Assembly (NCBI GenBank): GCA_043228905.1
Contig: JBHGNT010000005.1
Location: 13,268,001-13,332,000 of the forward strand
From: Azolla caroliniana
Taxonomy: Eukaryota > Plantae > Polypodiophyta
Length of the DNA stretch: 64,000 bases
Direction: 5' to 3'
Positions within the stretch are counted from its first letter, which is position 1. The number at the start of each line of letters is the position of its first letter. The notes under the pieces were generated by a model. It ran no database searches, was not told the origin of the DNA, and saw nothing but the letters and a program-made list of their open reading frames with translations. Below, piece after piece: positions 62,976 to 64,000 of this stretch. A program made the position numbers and the translations under genes.

Positions 62976-64000
62976 AAGATGTCTAGATATTTCGCAAGTG
63001 CGTGTGGAAACGAGGCGGGACCGCGGGGGTCTCGAACCAAAGAGCAGGCGAGGGAGGAGAAAGAGAGAGAACCGGCTACGCAGGACCGGGGGTACACAGG
63101 GACACAGCCCTTCAGCACGGAGAACGCGAACAGACACCGACACAGACAGATGTGATTGACTAATACGTATATTAACAAAAATGGCTAACACGACTACAAC
63201 CCTCGATGGGGCACAGGTTGGCTACAACCGAACAGGCCGATGAACAGATGCCGATGCTTGTTCGCTTCGACGCACAAAGGGGTAGCAGGTCGGAGGTGCT
63301 GCCGGAAGCACTCGGGCGTTCCTCGAAACAGCGCGAACCTCCTCGGAACCCTGCATAGAAAAGCTATGGAGCTCAAGAAGGAAGGAAACAGAGAAAGAAG
63401 CGTCCAGAAACGGTCCGACAGCACTTCGTCCTCTCTGCCCGAGATCCCTGCAACAGCTCTTTCCTGCTCCTTATATAGGCCGTCGAGCAGGCCGTCGTGT
63501 CAGCTTTATTCCCTGTCCCTTTTGGACAGGGATCCGCTCCGTTTTTCACGCATCCGCGTAGTTACGCCGCCGACTCGTACAGTTCGCGCGCGCGACCGAA
63601 AAGACTGTTCGCGCGGTCTTTGTCTTCACTTGAGTTAGGGCCCGTTCCTGCCGATTATCCTCCTAATTCGCTTCTATGCACAACTTGGAGCATGCGCGCG
63701 TGAAGAACCGGTTCCCACGCCTTGGTTCGCCGATTCCGCCTATGGACGGTTTTCTTCACGACAACGTTCTCTCTTGGGAGTGCCGTGATAGCGTGGAGTA
63801 GCAAGAAGCAGCCGAGAGTTGCACTGTCGAGCACCGAAGCCGAGTATAGAGGAGTAGTTGTCGCGACATGCGAAGCCATATGGTTGAAGCGGCTACTTAA
63901 GGATCTACATGTGGAGGTGTCCGATCCGACGACGATGTACTACGACAACCCCAGCAGCATCCAGCTTGCGAAGAACCCAGTCTTCCACGCACGGACCAAG

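Larger units (their letters stand above)
56516..63763 (-). mobile_element. Ty3/gypsy M, GC-rich, apparently intact, atypical lineage
   Basis: LTRs at 56516-57258 and 62980-63763. 4-bp TSD GCGT/ACGT. PBS at 62958-62975, PPT at 57259-57270. Confidence 0.95.
35569..64000 (+). mobile_element. Ty1/copia I, host of J (with L and K inside) and of M; 3' end lies beyond the window
   Basis: 5' LTR at 35569-36022, PBS TGGTATCAGAGC at 36023-36034. Coding segments 36105-37582, 54575-56515 and 63764-64000 rejoin (GVAERK|KRSVVEAA; STSGYA|FSLGSA). Confidence 0.93.

Noticed and set aside
57604-63155. Numerous overlapping antisense/alternate-frame ORFs in M (and similarly in B and L)
   Set aside because: Expected shadow ORFs in GC-rich coding DNA, with no recognisable domains.
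62936-63178. N-terminal 80-aa extension of the M gag ORF starting inside the LTR
   Set aside because: It begins at a non-ATG codon and runs through U5/PBS. The ATG at 62935 is the more plausible start.

Overview
This is a gene-free, repeat-dense eukaryotic window, almost entirely nested retroelements. It is most likely from a non-seed land plant, probably a fern. That is an inference from the PLS-PPR remnant, the Tcn1-like chromoviruses and a plant tRNA-Trp PBS. About 15 insertions can be resolved. (1) Ty1/copia elements A-F, I and L plus an LTR-gag stub; B is near-intact with 669-bp LTRs and TSD CATGT. (2) Two degenerate non-chromoviral gypsy copies, G and H; G has a long extra 3' ORF. (3) A full-length 8.1-kb L1-type LINE with a 15-bp TSD, a triplicated RT active site and a 2-kb 3' tail carrying a repeat array and a captured PPR-gene fragment. 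(4) Two chromoviruses, J and K, with apparent tRNA-independent self-priming and a conserved -1 frameshift signal. (5) An apparently intact GC-rich gypsy, M, with a fungal-like RT, tRNA-Trp PBS, 4-bp TSD and -1 frameshift. TSDs define a four-level nest, I > J > L > K, plus I > M, A > B and G > LINE. Lineage names and divergence counts come from reading by eye and need HMM/phylogenetic confirmation.
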